Origin: Pelomyxa schiedti
Lineage: Eukaryota; Protista; Evosea
Length of the DNA stretch: 47,880 nucleotides
Assembly: GCA_020536535.1 (NCBI GenBank)
Contig: JAHLWZ010000916.1
Location: 1 to 47,880, forward strand
Reading direction: 5' to 3'
The notes below the pieces were generated by a model. It worked only from the letters and a program-made list of their open reading frames with translations. It searched no databases and was not told the DNA's origin. Position numbers and translations under genes: made by a program. Of this stretch, positions 1 to 10,859 are shown piece by piece (the stretch's first letter is position 1; every line of letters starts with the position of its first letter).

Positions 1-3000
1 TCTTGGCGCCGCGCTGGCATTGCTACAATTAACACGGCTACAATTATGGCGTAGTTTCCAGGAGCGGAGGGAGATCTGGGCCCAGGCAAGGGATACGGCG
101 AACAAGTGCCGACGGGCGGAGACGGGCGGGGGCAGGGGCTGGGCCTGGTGAGGGAGGGCTGTACAGCACTACTACTACTACCACCACCGCCGCCGCGGCC
201 GCGGGTGGTGGGGATGGTTTAGATGTTGTTGGGAGAGGAGCTGGGTCGCCACAGAACAGAGATCATGGTGGTGGTGCTAGTGCTAGTGATTATGGAGGGG
301 AAGGGCCGCGGGAATGCGAGGCTGAAGGGTCGGTGGCGGGGGGAGAGGGTGGGAATTCGGATTATGGGGGCAGGTTGCGTTTTGGTGTTGTTTTTGTGAT
401 GTGTGCAGTTTTTCAGGTTTACATTGGGGTCAAGTGCACGGTGTTCCAGTTTTCCATGGTGGGTATCAGCCTTTTTTTCTTTTTTTTTTCTTTTTGGGCT
501 AACTTTCTTCTACAGCCACTACTTCAGGGGGCAATGGTTCTTACCTCTGTTGTGGCAATTAATGCGGAGGCGTGGGCTTCTGCTGGGCCTTTCCTCACTC
601 ATGGAGACCCTCAGGGAGAGATGATTCCAGCACTACACCATCACCCATTGCATCACGACGATACAACATTTGGTCACACTTGTGATTTATGCAGGTCGCG
701 ATTACGGGAATCTTGGAGGTGCCATCCATGCGATTTTGATGTTTGCAGCTCTTGTTACGAGTATGTCTCTGACATGTATTTCCCGTTTTGAAATGTTATT
801 TATTTATTTCTCTTTTGTTTTTCTCCGCGTTAACCAACAGAAAGAAGAGCAAGGCCAAAGGGGAAAATCTCATCAGAGGCGATGCAGGTGTTAGAGATGT
901 TGTGGGAGCACCAACGAATTACGAATATTTTCTGAAAGCTCTGTCGTTCGCCCACAACAGTAAACACTTCTTAGGAGCAGCAATTGGATGTCTTTTAATA
1001 ACATCACTGTCAAGTTTGCTTTTGCCAAAGTCAGTGGTTGTTCAATATCTTGCCATTTTTTGACCACGAATCAAATAGCTATCAAGGGAAAGTTCTTGAC
1101 AGTGTCATAGTTGGGAATCTTCAGAATTTCCATACCTATGTTCTGTGTTATGTGGCAGCAACATTCATTTCTGGTGTCTTTGCCAGCGGTCGAAATCTGT
1201 GCTTCAGGTATGCTGGATTTGGAAGTTAGCATTTTTTTGGTTGTGACTTCTCCGTGACAGCCTCGTGGCCAGCAGGATGTCCAATGCTGTAAGGAATAGG
1301 TTGTTTACTTCAATTATCCACCAAGATATTGCTTATTTTGATGGTACCTCAACTGGAGATGTTACTTCCAGGTGTGGAGTACATGGACACTGCACACTAC
1401 TATTAATCGTTATTACCACTGCAGACTATACGGTGACACGATGGCCCTTGTAACACCAGTTCAAAGCGTTATCAGTGCGTTCGTTTCCAGTGCTGTATCC
1501 CTTGGTGGCGGATTCTTGATGTGCATGATCACATCATGGCGTCTCACAATACTGGCCCTTACAACGGTTGGGCCGATCACAATTGTCACCAAGATATACG
1601 CACAGTGGAGTCAGCAGTTAAACAAGTTTGTAGCTCAGCAAATCTTAGAACTAAACAGTTGATTTCAGGGAAATATGGGCAGCTTGGGGAGATGCCAACA
1701 GTGTTGCCGTGCAAGCCATTTCAAATATCAGGACAATTCGCTCCTTTTCAACAGAAGTAATTGAGATCGCAAAATACACAGCTTCCACAGGGGAAGCCTT
1801 AGCCAAAGGAGTTAAGGTATGCACTACGAAAAGTGGCTCTTGATACTTAACTCTCTTCATAGGATGCGCTTGCTTCAGCTGGAACCGTAGGAATTTCCAG
1901 CACAATTGACCTCACTGTTGGAGTGCTGTTACTTTTCTATGGCGGTACAGTTGCTTTGCACAACCCTGAGCAGTATGAAGAGCTTCTTTTTATACTTTAT
2001 TGAATATTAACCTCACCTGCAGACTCTCTGTTGGAAGGTTGGTCACTTTTCAATTATATTGGAACATGGTATCCCCTCTGTCTTCAAAGACATTATTTAC
2101 AAATTTTTTCTTTCCCCAGGTCAACAACAGCTACAACAACCTCCTCAACCAAGTGAATTCCCTGACACGTGCTGGCGGTGCTGCCCAGCGTGTTGTTGGC
2201 TTGCTGGACAGTCTTCCCGATATTGATCCACATTCTGGCAAGGTTGTTGATGGCATTGAAGGGACTATTTCTTTGCGGAATGTGCACTTCTTCTACCAGA
2301 TGCGTCCAGAAAATATCGTGCTTGACAATGTTTCGCTGGAAGTACCAAGAGGCTGTGTTTGTGCCATTGTTGGAAGGTGTGCTTTGGTTCCCAAGTGGTG
2401 AGTATTTGATTGAGATGAATTCAGGTCCGGGAGTGGCAAAACCACCCTTGTGCACCTCCTTATGCGATTCTATGACACCAAGAAAGGCTCCATACTTGTT
2501 GACAATACTCCCATAACTGGATACAACCTTTCCTCTCTTCACCGGCACATTGGTCTCGTTTCACAAGACACGCAACTGTTTTCAACCACCATAGAAGAAA
2601 ACATTGTCTACGGATTAGATAGGTTATATCCCACGTTTCCGCTATAATCTCAACCCTGAAACTCCCTCAGGCCGTACACTCAAGAAGAAATGATATGTGC
2701 CGCTAAGAACGCCAATGCACATGAATTTATCACCAGGTTTGAAGATGGTTATAAAACCAGAATAGGAGAGAGGGGAGTGCGACTGAGGTAAACTCTCTTT
2801 ATTGTTTGTATAAAAGTTTAACATTTCGCACAGTGGTGGACAAAAACAAAGGGTTGCCATTGCCCGGGTTCTCATGCGGAATCCGCGGATACTTCTTCTT
2901 GATGAGGCCACCAGCTCATTGGACTCTGAGTCCGAATCCGCGGTGCAAGATGCCATTGATAATATGATCAAATGCCTCAAGTGCACAGTTATTCTGATCG

Positions 3001-3371
3001 CTCATAGGTAACCATCATATCTTCTAGCGCTATGAATCTATCAATTCTATATCAATCTACCACACCGGGCGGTTCCGCACACGATTCACATTAAACCATG
3101 CAATCGTATCATTCACAAAAACCAAATACCACTCACAGGCTTTCCACTGTTGTTAATGCGGATATGATAGCGGTTCTGGACCAAGGCCGCATTGTGGAAC
3201 AAGGAAAACACGAGGCAAATATATTCCCACCCCCTTCAAATGGCACAAAACACTCCACAACCAACCAACTGACAACTTATTTTCACAAAGGAACTTCTCA
3301 GACAAGGGGGAATCTACGCATCCCTCGTCAACAAGCAACTGGCCAAGGCATCAAACACGCTCTCCGAGTGA
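1..3371 (+). CDS. ABCB-family half transporter (TAP/ABCB9/ABCB10-like) with N-terminal membrane region and inserted C1/ZZ-like zinc finger; multi-exon, 5' end probably upstream of the window
   Basis: Spliced exons give ABC TMD motifs ([50 protein letters not shown]), Walker [11 protein letters not shown]-loop VSQD, signature [13 protein letters not shown], Walker [13 protein letters not shown] and H-loop IAHRLST; stop TGA at 3369-3371. Frame 3 is open from 33 with no convincing start. Confidence 0.93.
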
Positions 3372-3460
3372 TTCTTTCGTTCAAAAACGAACGTAACTAC
3401 AACCAACTTGGTTGAGGGGGAGCACGCCCGCAATGTGCTAGAAATACTTCAATTTATCGC

Positions 3461-4526
3461 TTAGACGGCAGTGCAACCCTTGGGGTAAGCGGCGTCGGTG
3501 GAAATGCCGCATTGGTTCTTGCCGATGCACATGCGGAAGTATCCCTGCTCGCCCCATGATGTTCCCCAGCTGTTCTTGATCTTGTATGACTGCTCGGCAG
3601 TGTTGAGGCCAATAAGAAGGACGGCGTGGTCAAGGGTCGACGTGGAGCAGGCAGATGGGCACCAGATTCCTCCGGTGTAGGCTCTGTGAACAGGTGTTAG
3701 AAACAAAAAGAAACACACAAGGAAGGAAGGTGTAGCATACGAGAGGAGACGGGCGTCAATTGCTACAGCGATTGGCTGTGTGACAAGGGCAGTTTGCAGC
3801 TGCGTGTCAGATCCAGATGTAATCCCGGTGTATGTCGTGATCTTGGTCACCATGGTCTCCTTCACTATGCAGTCCTTGGTATCAACAGCAGTGTAAGGAT
3901 AAGCTTCCTCAGTTGGAAGACCAGATTCTGCGCACGCGAAGGCTCCTTGGATCGTGCCACCACTGCAGCCATTCTGGCGAAGAGTGGTGCAGCAGTCGAC
4001 GAGGTCTTGCTCAGACAACGAAATGAGCTGGCCATCTCCAAGGATGTTTCGGCAGGCCTCAATTGCACCAATTGAACCGAATGTCCAGCAAGACCCACAT
4101 TGGCCTTGGTCCTTGGGCTTCTCGCACTTGGCAGTCCAGTCTACGTCGGTGGCAGCTGTGCCAGAAACTACTGTCACATTGCGGTGGACTTGGGGCTTCA
4201 TGAGGTAGGAAGACTGTAGAGATGATTAGGTTTGTGAAGGAACGTGAAGGGAGAGTGAAGAATCATAAATACTACAAGAGGGAACATACTTCGAATTCCT
4301 CAGAAGTGAGGTCGGTGAACTTGTTGGGGCCAAGGGTCCAGGAGTGTCCCTCAGCGTTGAACTTGTTGTAGTAGTCCATGTTGTGTTGCCAAATCTTGAA
4401 CCTGAGCGAGGCTTGCCTGTCGGACTCGTAATGCTTGCCATACTGAGTGGCCCACTTCTGGAAATCAGAACGTGAGTAAGCTGCGACGGCGGCAACGAGC
4501 AGGGCAACGAGGAAGGCTGTCTTCAT
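3461..4526 (-). CDS. Papain-family (C1A) cathepsin L-like cysteine protease with signal peptide and I29 propeptide; 3 exons
   Basis: Signal peptide MKTAFLVALLVAAVAA, ERFNIN-like (RQASLRFKIWQHN) and GPNKFTDLT propeptide motifs, catalytic QGQCGSCWTF, LDHAVLLIG and KNSWG. Confidence 0.96.
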
Positions 4527-4904
4527 TGGTTGTGTGTTGGTTGGGTTGTTTTTTGTTTGTTTTGTTGTTGCCTGTTGGTCGGGTTAAAAAGGCAGCCTTT
4601 CTGGGGAACTTTGGGGTTTTGACAATAACAAAAACCCCAAACAACACATTTTTATCGCTGATGTTGTGAAAATCCTCTATGATGAACAAATCTTGATTAT
4701 TGGACGTTTCTTCAACAGACCCAAATGTCCCACAAGTTGTTCTCCGTTTTTTGTGAACGGTCCGAGGGAGGTATTGACGAGCCAGTGCACTCCTCCCAAA
4801 ACAAAGAACGACCAACACCTCCTCCAGGGGGGCGTCTGGTGTCATTTTTGATTTAGGTGTCACTTTACACAACGCCTAAATCAAAAATAAAAATTTTCAA
4901 AAAT

Positions 4905-6266
4905 ATGTCGCGTACCAACCAACAAGAGACGCAGGTTCGTGCGATGTACGCCAAGGACCAGTTCGTGACCCTCGCGTGGGGCGCAATTGTGGGTGCTCGT
5001 CGTCCGATTTCTCGCGGTGATGGCGTGAACGAGAGGCACCGCAGTTGCTTTTTGAGTGTGATTCCAATTGGGATGTTGGTTGAGTTCATTGGCAAGAGGT
5101 GGATAATGAGGAAGGAGAGGGACATCAACGTCACTTTCTCACCTCAGGGTGGTGCTGGTGCTGCTGATGAGGGTGATGAGTGGGGGATGCTACCAGAGTT
5201 ACCCAGCAACTACGGCGAATGTGATAAGTTGCAATTTGTGGTGTCATGCACACTGGGTGTGATAACATGCAGCGTCGACCGCATGCTCATCGACCTGGAG
5301 CCAAAGAGCTTTGGTGGCAAAATCGGAGGTGGGAACGAAGTCAGGTGCACGGTGACTAACTCAGCTGGCGACTATAGGATCCATGTGCTTCATCCACGTG
5401 ATAGGTCACTGTTGATCGGCTCGGCACATGACGCGCCGCTGATGTGCTGGAATGGGACGTGGATTGTGGTTGGTCAGCATGACGAGAAGAAGTTGTATGT
5501 GTGGAGCTCAGTGTTATCAAGGGGGCCACCTGTCAAGGTGATCGATTTGCCGTTGTTGGAGACTGCTGTTTCAATGAGGTTCTTTGGCCCAACTGAGTAT
5601 GACTGCCACTCTGATGATGTAGAAATTATCTTCACTCAAAGGAAACCCAACAACCAGTTATACGTGTGTGTCACACACCTGAACATCAGAAGTGTTGTGG
5701 ATCCCGCTGGAATTCCACCTTCATCTTTCCTGGAAAGTGCAGCACTTCCTGATGGTATTGACACAAGGAACCTCAGCCGGCCACTTGTCAACAGGCAAGA
5801 GAGAAGTTACTTCTTCCCTTTCAGCTTGGGCACTGAGCAGAGACTGCTTCACCTGCGCACAGGGAATGCATTCACGTGGCTTCCAGACAGCCGGGGTCTC
5901 ACTGTGGCACCAGTTGATGATACCCACATTGCTGTCACTGATGACAGCAGTGCCACCACTGTTTTCTCGCTCTCGGACCTATCACGCAGTGGAACGCAAC
6001 AGCAACATCTTGCACTAAAGCCTACGTGTGTTCACCCACACTCAATTGGAACCACACAGGTGACTGTTGGTTGTGGATTGGTTGTCTTCAACTCCATCGC
6101 TCCAGAAGGCCCTCCGGCACAAATCAGTACTGTGGGTGGGAGGATTGGCGGCTCACAGCATGACTTTGTGGATGCATCCACTGGGTCATTGTTGTTAACT
6201 GTCAAATTCCCAAACGGCTTGCTGATGATCCCAGGTGAAGTCAAGTCTGATGGACTCTTGCCTTAG
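4905..6266 (+). CDS. Intronless uncharacterised family protein, copy A1 (YAKDQFVTLAWG box plus probable beta-propeller)
   Basis: Uninterrupted ORF, first ATG at 4905; clear paralogy with 6335-7687 and 9294-10805 (shared IGKRWxMRKERD, CWNxTWIVV, FFGPTEY, VDDTHIA, DAxTGSLL). Confidence 0.85.
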   Translation: MSRTNQQETQVRAMYAKDQFVTLAWGAIVGARRPISRGDGVNERHRSCFLSVIPIGMLVEFIGKRWIMRKERDINVTFSPQGGAGAADEGDEWGMLPELPSNYGECDKLQFVVSCTLGVITCSVDRMLIDLEPKSFGGKIGGGNEVRCTVTNSAGDYRIHVLHPRDRSLLIGSAHDAPLMCWNGTWIVVGQHDEKKLYVWSSVLSRGPPVKVIDLPLLETAVSMRFFGPTEYDCHSDDVEIIFTQRKPNNQLYVCVTHLNIRSVVDPAGIPPSSFLESAALPDGIDTRNLSRPLVNRQERSYFFPFSLGTEQRLLHLRTGNAFTWLPDSRGLTVAPVDDTHIAVTDDSSATTVFSLSDLSRSGTQQQHLALKPTCVHPHSIGTTQVTVGCGLVVFNSIAPEGPPAQISTVGGRIGGSQHDFVDASTGSLLLTVKFPNGLLMIPGEVKSDGLLP

Positions 6267-6334
6267 TAATTACAGCCTTTCCTTCCATGAACACATCAAA
6301 AAAAAACCCCGTTTCTTTGAAACAAGCATCAAAA

Positions 6335-7687
6335 ATGTCGGGTGATACCGAAGAGACCGAGGTAGTTAGCGCGGTGTACGCCAAGGACCAGTTCGTGACC
6401 CTCGCGTGGGGCGCGATAATGGGTTATCGTCCTCTTTCTCGCAGTGACAGCGAAATTTGTGCATCCCCAACCGACGACGCGACCGACCACGGCGGGGACG
6501 AGAGGCACCGCAGTTGCTTTTTGAGCATAATTCCAATTGGGATGTTGGTTGAGCTCATTGGCAAGAGGTGGATAATGAGGAAGGAGAGGGACATCAACGT
6601 CACTTTCTCACCTCAGAGTGGCCCTGGTGGTGTTGATGATGGTGACGATGAGGTCTCAGGCCTCGGAGATTGTGATCGGTTGCACTTCGCGGTGTCATGC
6701 ACACTGGGTGTGATAGAATGCAAGGTCGACCACATCGTTTTGGGACCAGGAAGAAAGAGCTTTGGGGGCAAAATCGGAGGTGGGAACGAAGTCAGGTGCA
6801 CGTTGAAGCCTTCTTCTGGCTACTACAGGGTGCATGTGCTCTATCCACGTGACATGGCACTACTTCAGGGATCAGCGCGAGTTGCACCGCTGATGTGCTG
6901 GAATGGTACATGGATTGTGGTGTTACGCACTGTTCGAGATGAGAAGAAGTTGCATGTGTGGAGGTCAGAGAGCCCAAGTGTAGAATTTGCAGGAGTTATT
7001 GATTTGCCATTGCAGGGGTCAGCTGTTTCAATGAGGTTCTTTGGCCCAACTGAGTATGACTGCCACTCTGATGATGTTGAAATTATATTGAGTCAAACCA
7101 AACCCACCAATCAGGAACACGTGTGTGTCACACACTTGAACATCAGAAGTGCTGTGGATCATGCTGATCCTCCTTATTTGTCTTTCCTTGAAGGTGCAGC
7201 ACTTCCTGAGGGCTTCGACACAAGGAACCTCAGCCAGCCACTTGTCAACAGGCAAGAGAGAAGTTACTTCTTCCCTTTCAGCTTGGGCACTGAGCAGAGA
7301 CTGCTTCATCTGCACACAGGGAATGTAATCACGTGGCTTGCAGGCAGCCAGGGTCTCACCGTTGCCACAGTTGATGATACCCACATTGCCACAACCTCCG
7401 AGGCCACCACCTTTGTTTTCTCACTCTCAGACTTATTGTGTGGATGCGGGCAACAGACACATCCAGCCCAACCGATCAGTGTTCACCCACACCCAATTGG
7501 AACCGCACAGGTGACTGTTGGTTGTGGCTTGGTTACCACCAGCTCCTTCGCCCAAGTCGGTAGAATTGGAACAGCTTCGTCACGGCACGGCTTTGTTGAT
7601 GCCTCCACTGGGTCGTTGTTGTTATCACTCAAATTCCCAAACAGAAAGACAATGATCACAGGGGCAATTAGCCCAGATGTGCTTTGA
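6335..7687 (+). CDS. Intronless uncharacterised family protein, copy A2 (tandem paralog of A1)
   Basis: 466-aa ORF (ATG at 6287 or 6335; 6335 matches the A1 start position) sharing long identical nucleotide tracts with A1. Confidence 0.85.
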   Translation: MSGDTEETEVVSAVYAKDQFVTLAWGAIMGYRPLSRSDSEICASPTDDATDHGGDERHRSCFLSIIPIGMLVELIGKRWIMRKERDINVTFSPQSGPGGVDDGDDEVSGLGDCDRLHFAVSCTLGVIECKVDHIVLGPGRKSFGGKIGGGNEVRCTLKPSSGYYRVHVLYPRDMALLQGSARVAPLMCWNGTWIVVLRTVRDEKKLHVWRSESPSVEFAGVIDLPLQGSAVSMRFFGPTEYDCHSDDVEIILSQTKPTNQEHVCVTHLNIRSAVDHADPPYLSFLEGAALPEGFDTRNLSQPLVNRQERSYFFPFSLGTEQRLLHLHTGNVITWLAGSQGLTVATVDDTHIATTSEATTFVFSLSDLLCGCGQQTHPAQPISVHPHPIGTAQVTVGCGLVTTSSFAQVGRIGTASSRHGFVDASTGSLLLSLKFPNRKTMITGAISPDVL

Positions 7688-7899
7688 AAGTTCTTGTGTC
7701 TTGTGTGTTCCTTTGCTAAATCTTTTTCCGTGGTGTGTGAGAAGTTATATACTTGAATTCCAATGCAGGCTGATGGATTACTGTGATGATCTTATGCAGA
7801 CTGCAGCGGTGATTGATTCCCACACCAACCACTTCTCTTCAATCCACTTTTCAGAAAACAATGCTTATTCATTAGTAATTTGCCACTTTTTACCATCCG

Positions 7900-9060
7900 T
7901 CACATATGAGAAATTGTAAGAGGCCAGTCCACAGGACCAATCCACCTCACAATTTCCACATGGAAGATTGGAGATACAGTGTGCACCTCATACACTGTGA
8001 CCCCACTGTATCCAACAAGGTAAATGAATCCATCTTCAATCTGCAGATACCTCCCACACTCAGGCAGTGTGACCACTCTCACCATCCTGGTCTCAACAGA
8101 GGAGCAATCCCAAATCTGGTACGACCTCCTGTCGACGACCTCGTAGACACAGAATGTGGACTGGCTCAGCTGCGTGGTTTTCACCACTGTATCCCAAAAA
8201 CTACCAATTTCCCTCACCAACCCAGTGCATTCCTCCAACTCCATCACACTGTACTTTCTCTTTGAGTAATGAAGTCTCACTGCAACAACAAAGACACGGC
8301 TCCCACCATTCCTCCTCATTAGCAGTGCCGACTTCAACTCCACCGTTTCTCCTTGTTTCACTGGAAGCACACAAGTCGTGGAACTGCAGATATCCAGCGA
8401 AGAAGTGGCCACAGAGTGCTCCACATCAACAACCACACAAACAACAGTGGGCCCAGAACCATAGTTGCCAACAAATAACATTGCCATTTGGGCTGGCTCC
8501 CTTGGGTCGAAGCACATGCAGCCAATCTCCAGGTTCATCCCACAATACTGCGGAACAGGCAAATCCCACACACAAGGGCCACCCGGTTTCCTTGCTGCAA
8601 TCATCAGCAATCCATGTTCCCCACCCCTATGCACATGTCCCAGCCACTGGCTGTTTGCAGTCATTACCTTGGATGAAAATGATTCTTCTCCATCAAGTTG
8701 CTTTTTCATGCACAGGAAGGTGATCCCACACAGTGGTGACAGCCCAAACAAGAGGAACCCACTCTCCCACCGTGGTCGCTTCAGGCGCCTGAGCTTCACG
8801 GCAGCAACCCTCTCAGTCAGAAGCACAGCAAGTGTGTCCCACATGAAACACACCAGTGGACCTTGTGATGCCAACAACCTCACTGATGATGATGGTGAAT
8901 GAAGGCCAACAAGGAACACCATCAATTGAGACCACACGGCTGGGCTGGTTGACCTCAACAAATCATACCGGCGGAAGTTGCGGGCCAACGGGCAACTCGT
9001 CACTCTGAGACCACACCCGTCATGCGGGTTAGTGAAATCCCAATTGTGGGTTGTTGTCAT
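7900..9060 (-). CDS. Intronless divergent member of the same superfamily (SQLMVFLVGLHSPSSSVRLL box; beta-rich C-terminus)
   Basis: Long open frame, first in-frame ATG at 9060; motifs GLSPLCGI, TANSQWLG and SQSTFCV align by eye with family motifs VSxTLGV, NxxWIV and DDxHF/DDTF. Start uncertain. Confidence 0.7.
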   Translation of the reverse strand: MTTTHNWDFTNPHDGCGLRVTSCPLARNFRRYDLLRSTSPAVWSQLMVFLVGLHSPSSSVRLLASQGPLVCFMWDTLAVLLTERVAAVKLRRLKRPRWESGFLLFGLSPLCGITFLCMKKQLDGEESFSSKVMTANSQWLGHVHRGGEHGLLMIAARKPGGPCVWDLPVPQYCGMNLEIGCMCFDPREPAQMAMLFVGNYGSGPTVVCVVVDVEHSVATSSLDICSSTTCVLPVKQGETVELKSALLMRRNGGSRVFVVAVRLHYSKRKYSVMELEECTGLVREIGSFWDTVVKTTQLSQSTFCVYEVVDRRSYQIWDCSSVETRMVRVVTLPECGRYLQIEDGFIYLVGYSGVTVYEVHTVSPIFHVEIVRWIGPVDWPLTISHM

Positions 9061-9293
9061 ACAAGTTACGACGAGAAAGGTAGATGGTTTTGCGAGAGGA
9101 ATTTTCACCGAAATCAAATCCAACAATTCTCTGGTCCACCTGTGTGGGGTGTAGTCACACACTGGACAAGACCTCCAGAGAGACACTGTGCCACCTCAGG
9201 CCATCTCAGTACAGCTTGTTATGGGTGCAAGCACAAATCCACAAGACAACTGATTCATCAAAACGAAGTTTTTAGTGTGAGTCACAATTTTGG

Positions 9294-10805
9294 ATGTGGA
9301 CCACACGACAACTGCACACCCTAACGTCCGATTTTGAGCTGGTGCGGCAACCGTTTTATGCCAAGGACCAGTTTGTTTCAGTGGCGTGGGGTGCGGTTAT
9401 GGGAACCCGACGCCCCACCAACCCCCCGACGCCGGCGGAGGGACAACAAGTCGACGGTGTCGCCGCCACCATCACCACCACCGCAGCCAGCTGTTGTTTC
9501 CCGCTGAGTGCGATTCCAAGTTGGCTGTTGGTCGAGTGCATAGGCAAGAGGTGGGTGATGAGGAAGGAGAGGGACATCGCTGTCACGTTCTCGTCGAGGC
9601 CCCCCGCTGATGCTGATGACGCCGACGACGCCGCCACCTCCTTGCCCATAATGTTGCTGGGGGGGAACGGCGACGAGCAAAAGTTGCATTTCGTGCTGTC
9701 ATCCACTCTGGGGGTTCTGGTGTTCCAGTGGAAGCCAGGGTCCATGCTCGGCCCGAGGCTTCCTGCCATGGGCGAGATTGGAGATAACGCCATTGAGGTC
9801 AGGTGTCATGCATCGGCACTTCCGGGTCCGTACAAGCTGTACGTTGTTGACCCAAAGTTCGAACACAAATTCACCTCGCGGTGGGAGCTACTTCGTGGAA
9901 ACGGGAATGAGGAGCCCCTGGTGTGCTGGAACAGCACGTGGATTGTCGTGGGCCAACAGCGGGAAAGGAAGCTGCATGTGTGGAGGTCACAGTTCCCAAA
10001 TCAGCCACCTGTGAAGGTCTTTGACTGGGAGTTGCTGAGGTCAGGTGTTTCAATGAAGTTCTTTGGCCCAACTGAATACCAGACCAGCTGCGATGATATC
10101 GAAATCATCTTCATGAAGGGAAGTCCCCCTGAAGGGATACTGTGTGTTGCACACTTGAACGTCAGAAGTGCTGTGGAGTCTCCGGAATCTCAACTTCTCA
10201 TACCACCTTCGTTGATGTTCTTCCGAAGTTCCGCGCTTCCTGAGGGCCTCGAAATGGGGAATCTCAGCCGGCCACTTGTCGCCAGGCCAGAGAGGAATTT
10301 CTTCTTCCCGTTCAATCTGGGACCTCAGCATAAGCTTCTCAATCTTCACACAGGTAAGGCCTTCACGTGGCTGGAGGACAGCAGCAATGGGCTTATTTCA
10401 GTCAGAGCGGTTGATGATACCCACATTGCGGTCACTTATGACAGCAATTCCACCACCTCTGTGTTCTCCCTCTCTGACCTGGCCGCCCATGGCACAGCAG
10501 CCCCACAGCCGCAGCAGGAGCTTCCACCAACGTGTGTGCACAGGCACCAGCCAGGGACCATTCATGTGGCTGTTGGCTGTGGGATTGTAGTGGCCAGCAG
10601 GATAAACCACTCGCGGAGCGTGGCACCGCAGCCGCCACCAGGCAAGAAGATACTGCCACCATACACCAGGAACCACTGGGCGTTCCACATAGCATCACAG
10701 CATGACTTTTCCGATGCAGCAACTGGCTCCCTGCTGTTCTCTCTCAAGTACAACAACAAGGTGCTCCTGCCTCACGAGATCACCTCCACCCCCTTCATCA
10801 ACTAA
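9294..10805 (+). CDS. Intronless uncharacterised family protein, copy A3
   Basis: 503-aa ORF with YAKDQFVSVAWG, IGKRWVMRKERD, CWNSTWIVV, FFGPTEY, VDDTHIAV and DAATGSLL. Confidence 0.85.
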   Translation: MWTTRQLHTLTSDFELVRQPFYAKDQFVSVAWGAVMGTRRPTNPPTPAEGQQVDGVAATITTTAASCCFPLSAIPSWLLVECIGKRWVMRKERDIAVTFSSRPPADADDADDAATSLPIMLLGGNGDEQKLHFVLSSTLGVLVFQWKPGSMLGPRLPAMGEIGDNAIEVRCHASALPGPYKLYVVDPKFEHKFTSRWELLRGNGNEEPLVCWNSTWIVVGQQRERKLHVWRSQFPNQPPVKVFDWELLRSGVSMKFFGPTEYQTSCDDIEIIFMKGSPPEGILCVAHLNVRSAVESPESQLLIPPSLMFFRSSALPEGLEMGNLSRPLVARPERNFFFPFNLGPQHKLLNLHTGKAFTWLEDSSNGLISVRAVDDTHIAVTYDSNSTTSVFSLSDLAAHGTAAPQPQQELPPTCVHRHQPGTIHVAVGCGIVVASRINHSRSVAPQPPPGKKILPPYTRNHWAFHIASQHDFSDAATGSLLFSLKYNNKVLLPHEITSTPFIN

Positions 10806-10859
10806 CCTCGACAACGCAAACAAAAACAACATTCTGCTCTTCCTTACTTAGTAGCTCCA

